Source: Botryllus schlosseri (Eukaryota). From it: a stretch of 64,000 bases of DNA. Positions 63,379 to 64,000 of this stretch are shown here, one piece after another. Location: contig CM119371.1 of assembly GCA_051294905.1 (NCBI GenBank), positions 15,502,001 through 15,566,000 on the forward strand. The letters are read 5' to 3'. Each line of letters begins with the position of its first letter. Position 1 is the first letter of the stretch. The position numbers were made by a program, and so were the translations under genes. Under the pieces are notes generated by a model. It ran no database searches. It had not been told where the DNA came from and worked only from the letters and a program-made list of their open reading frames with translations.

Positions 63379-64000
63379 CAGGGGTGGGTAAACTACGGCC
63401 CGCGGGCCGCATGCGGCCCTCCACACCGTTCTGTGCGGCCCGCGAGAGTCTAAAGAAACTTATTAAAAATATTGATCAAATGCGTATTAAAAATCGCATC
63501 ATTGCAGGGACTTGATTTAACTTTTGCTTGGTATATTTCACCATGATAATTCTAAGGCAGTGGATCTCAAACTGGCGGCGGCGCACCTCCTTGGGGGCGT
63601 GAAAGCATCTGAAGGGAGGCGCATAGCTGAGATCAACTAAAAAATAAACATCTCATTCAGATTTATTGCTCTGTATTTAGTCTAAATTTCATATTCACAA
63701 ATTTCTCATCCACAGTCGTAACCTTCCATGCCATCAAACTACCAGTTAGGAATTAGGATTGCTAGCATCCTGGTTTCATTTTGTGATATGACGCTATTAG
63801 GGGAGCGCGGAATCTTTTACCATCATAAGAGGAGGTCTTGAAAAGTTTGAGAACCACATGTTCCATTGTAAATGCTTCCTATATTATTTTTTATGTTTAA
63901 TTTCTGGCGTTACAGCCCGATCTCAAGTCCCACGCAGTTTAAAAGGTTGCAGCTTCTACACATCACAGAAGTCCTAATCGAGATTGACATAATTCGGATT
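63379..64000. mobile_element. hAT-Charlie-like MITE running off the window, with a nested second MITE (about 63559-63860)
   Basis: Starts CAGGGGTGGGTAAACTACGGCCCGCGGGCCGCATGCGGCCC; nested element CAGTGGATCTCAAACT...AGTTTGAGAACCAC. Confidence 0.65.

Overview
AT-rich, transposon-dense eukaryotic (animal, probably invertebrate) genomic DNA, not prokaryotic. Left to right: an intronless BTB-BACK-Kelch gene broken by one 5-bp duplication (2031-3646); a full-length, disabled Ty3/Gypsy LTR retrotransposon (4473-9266); an ISL2EU/PIF-Harbinger-type element with nested hAT MITEs (11505-15972); SINEs, a LINE 3' end, a P-like element and many small TIR elements (17-27 kb). The most striking structure is a 15.5-kb foldback element (27579-43068) with Polinton/Maverick-type AGTAGT...ACTACT ends, a flanking 6-bp CACGTG, two near-identical 6.6-kb inverted arms around a 0.93-kb spacer, and no recognisable Polinton core genes. 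The right third holds an unannotated + strand spliced gene built from a tandemly repeated 6-exon cassette: 18 exons join in phase into about 690 open codons of low-complexity S/K/P/R-rich protein. Two short Penelope-type fragments carry minimal hammerhead-ribozyme motifs. All calls were made by eye; no database searches were run.
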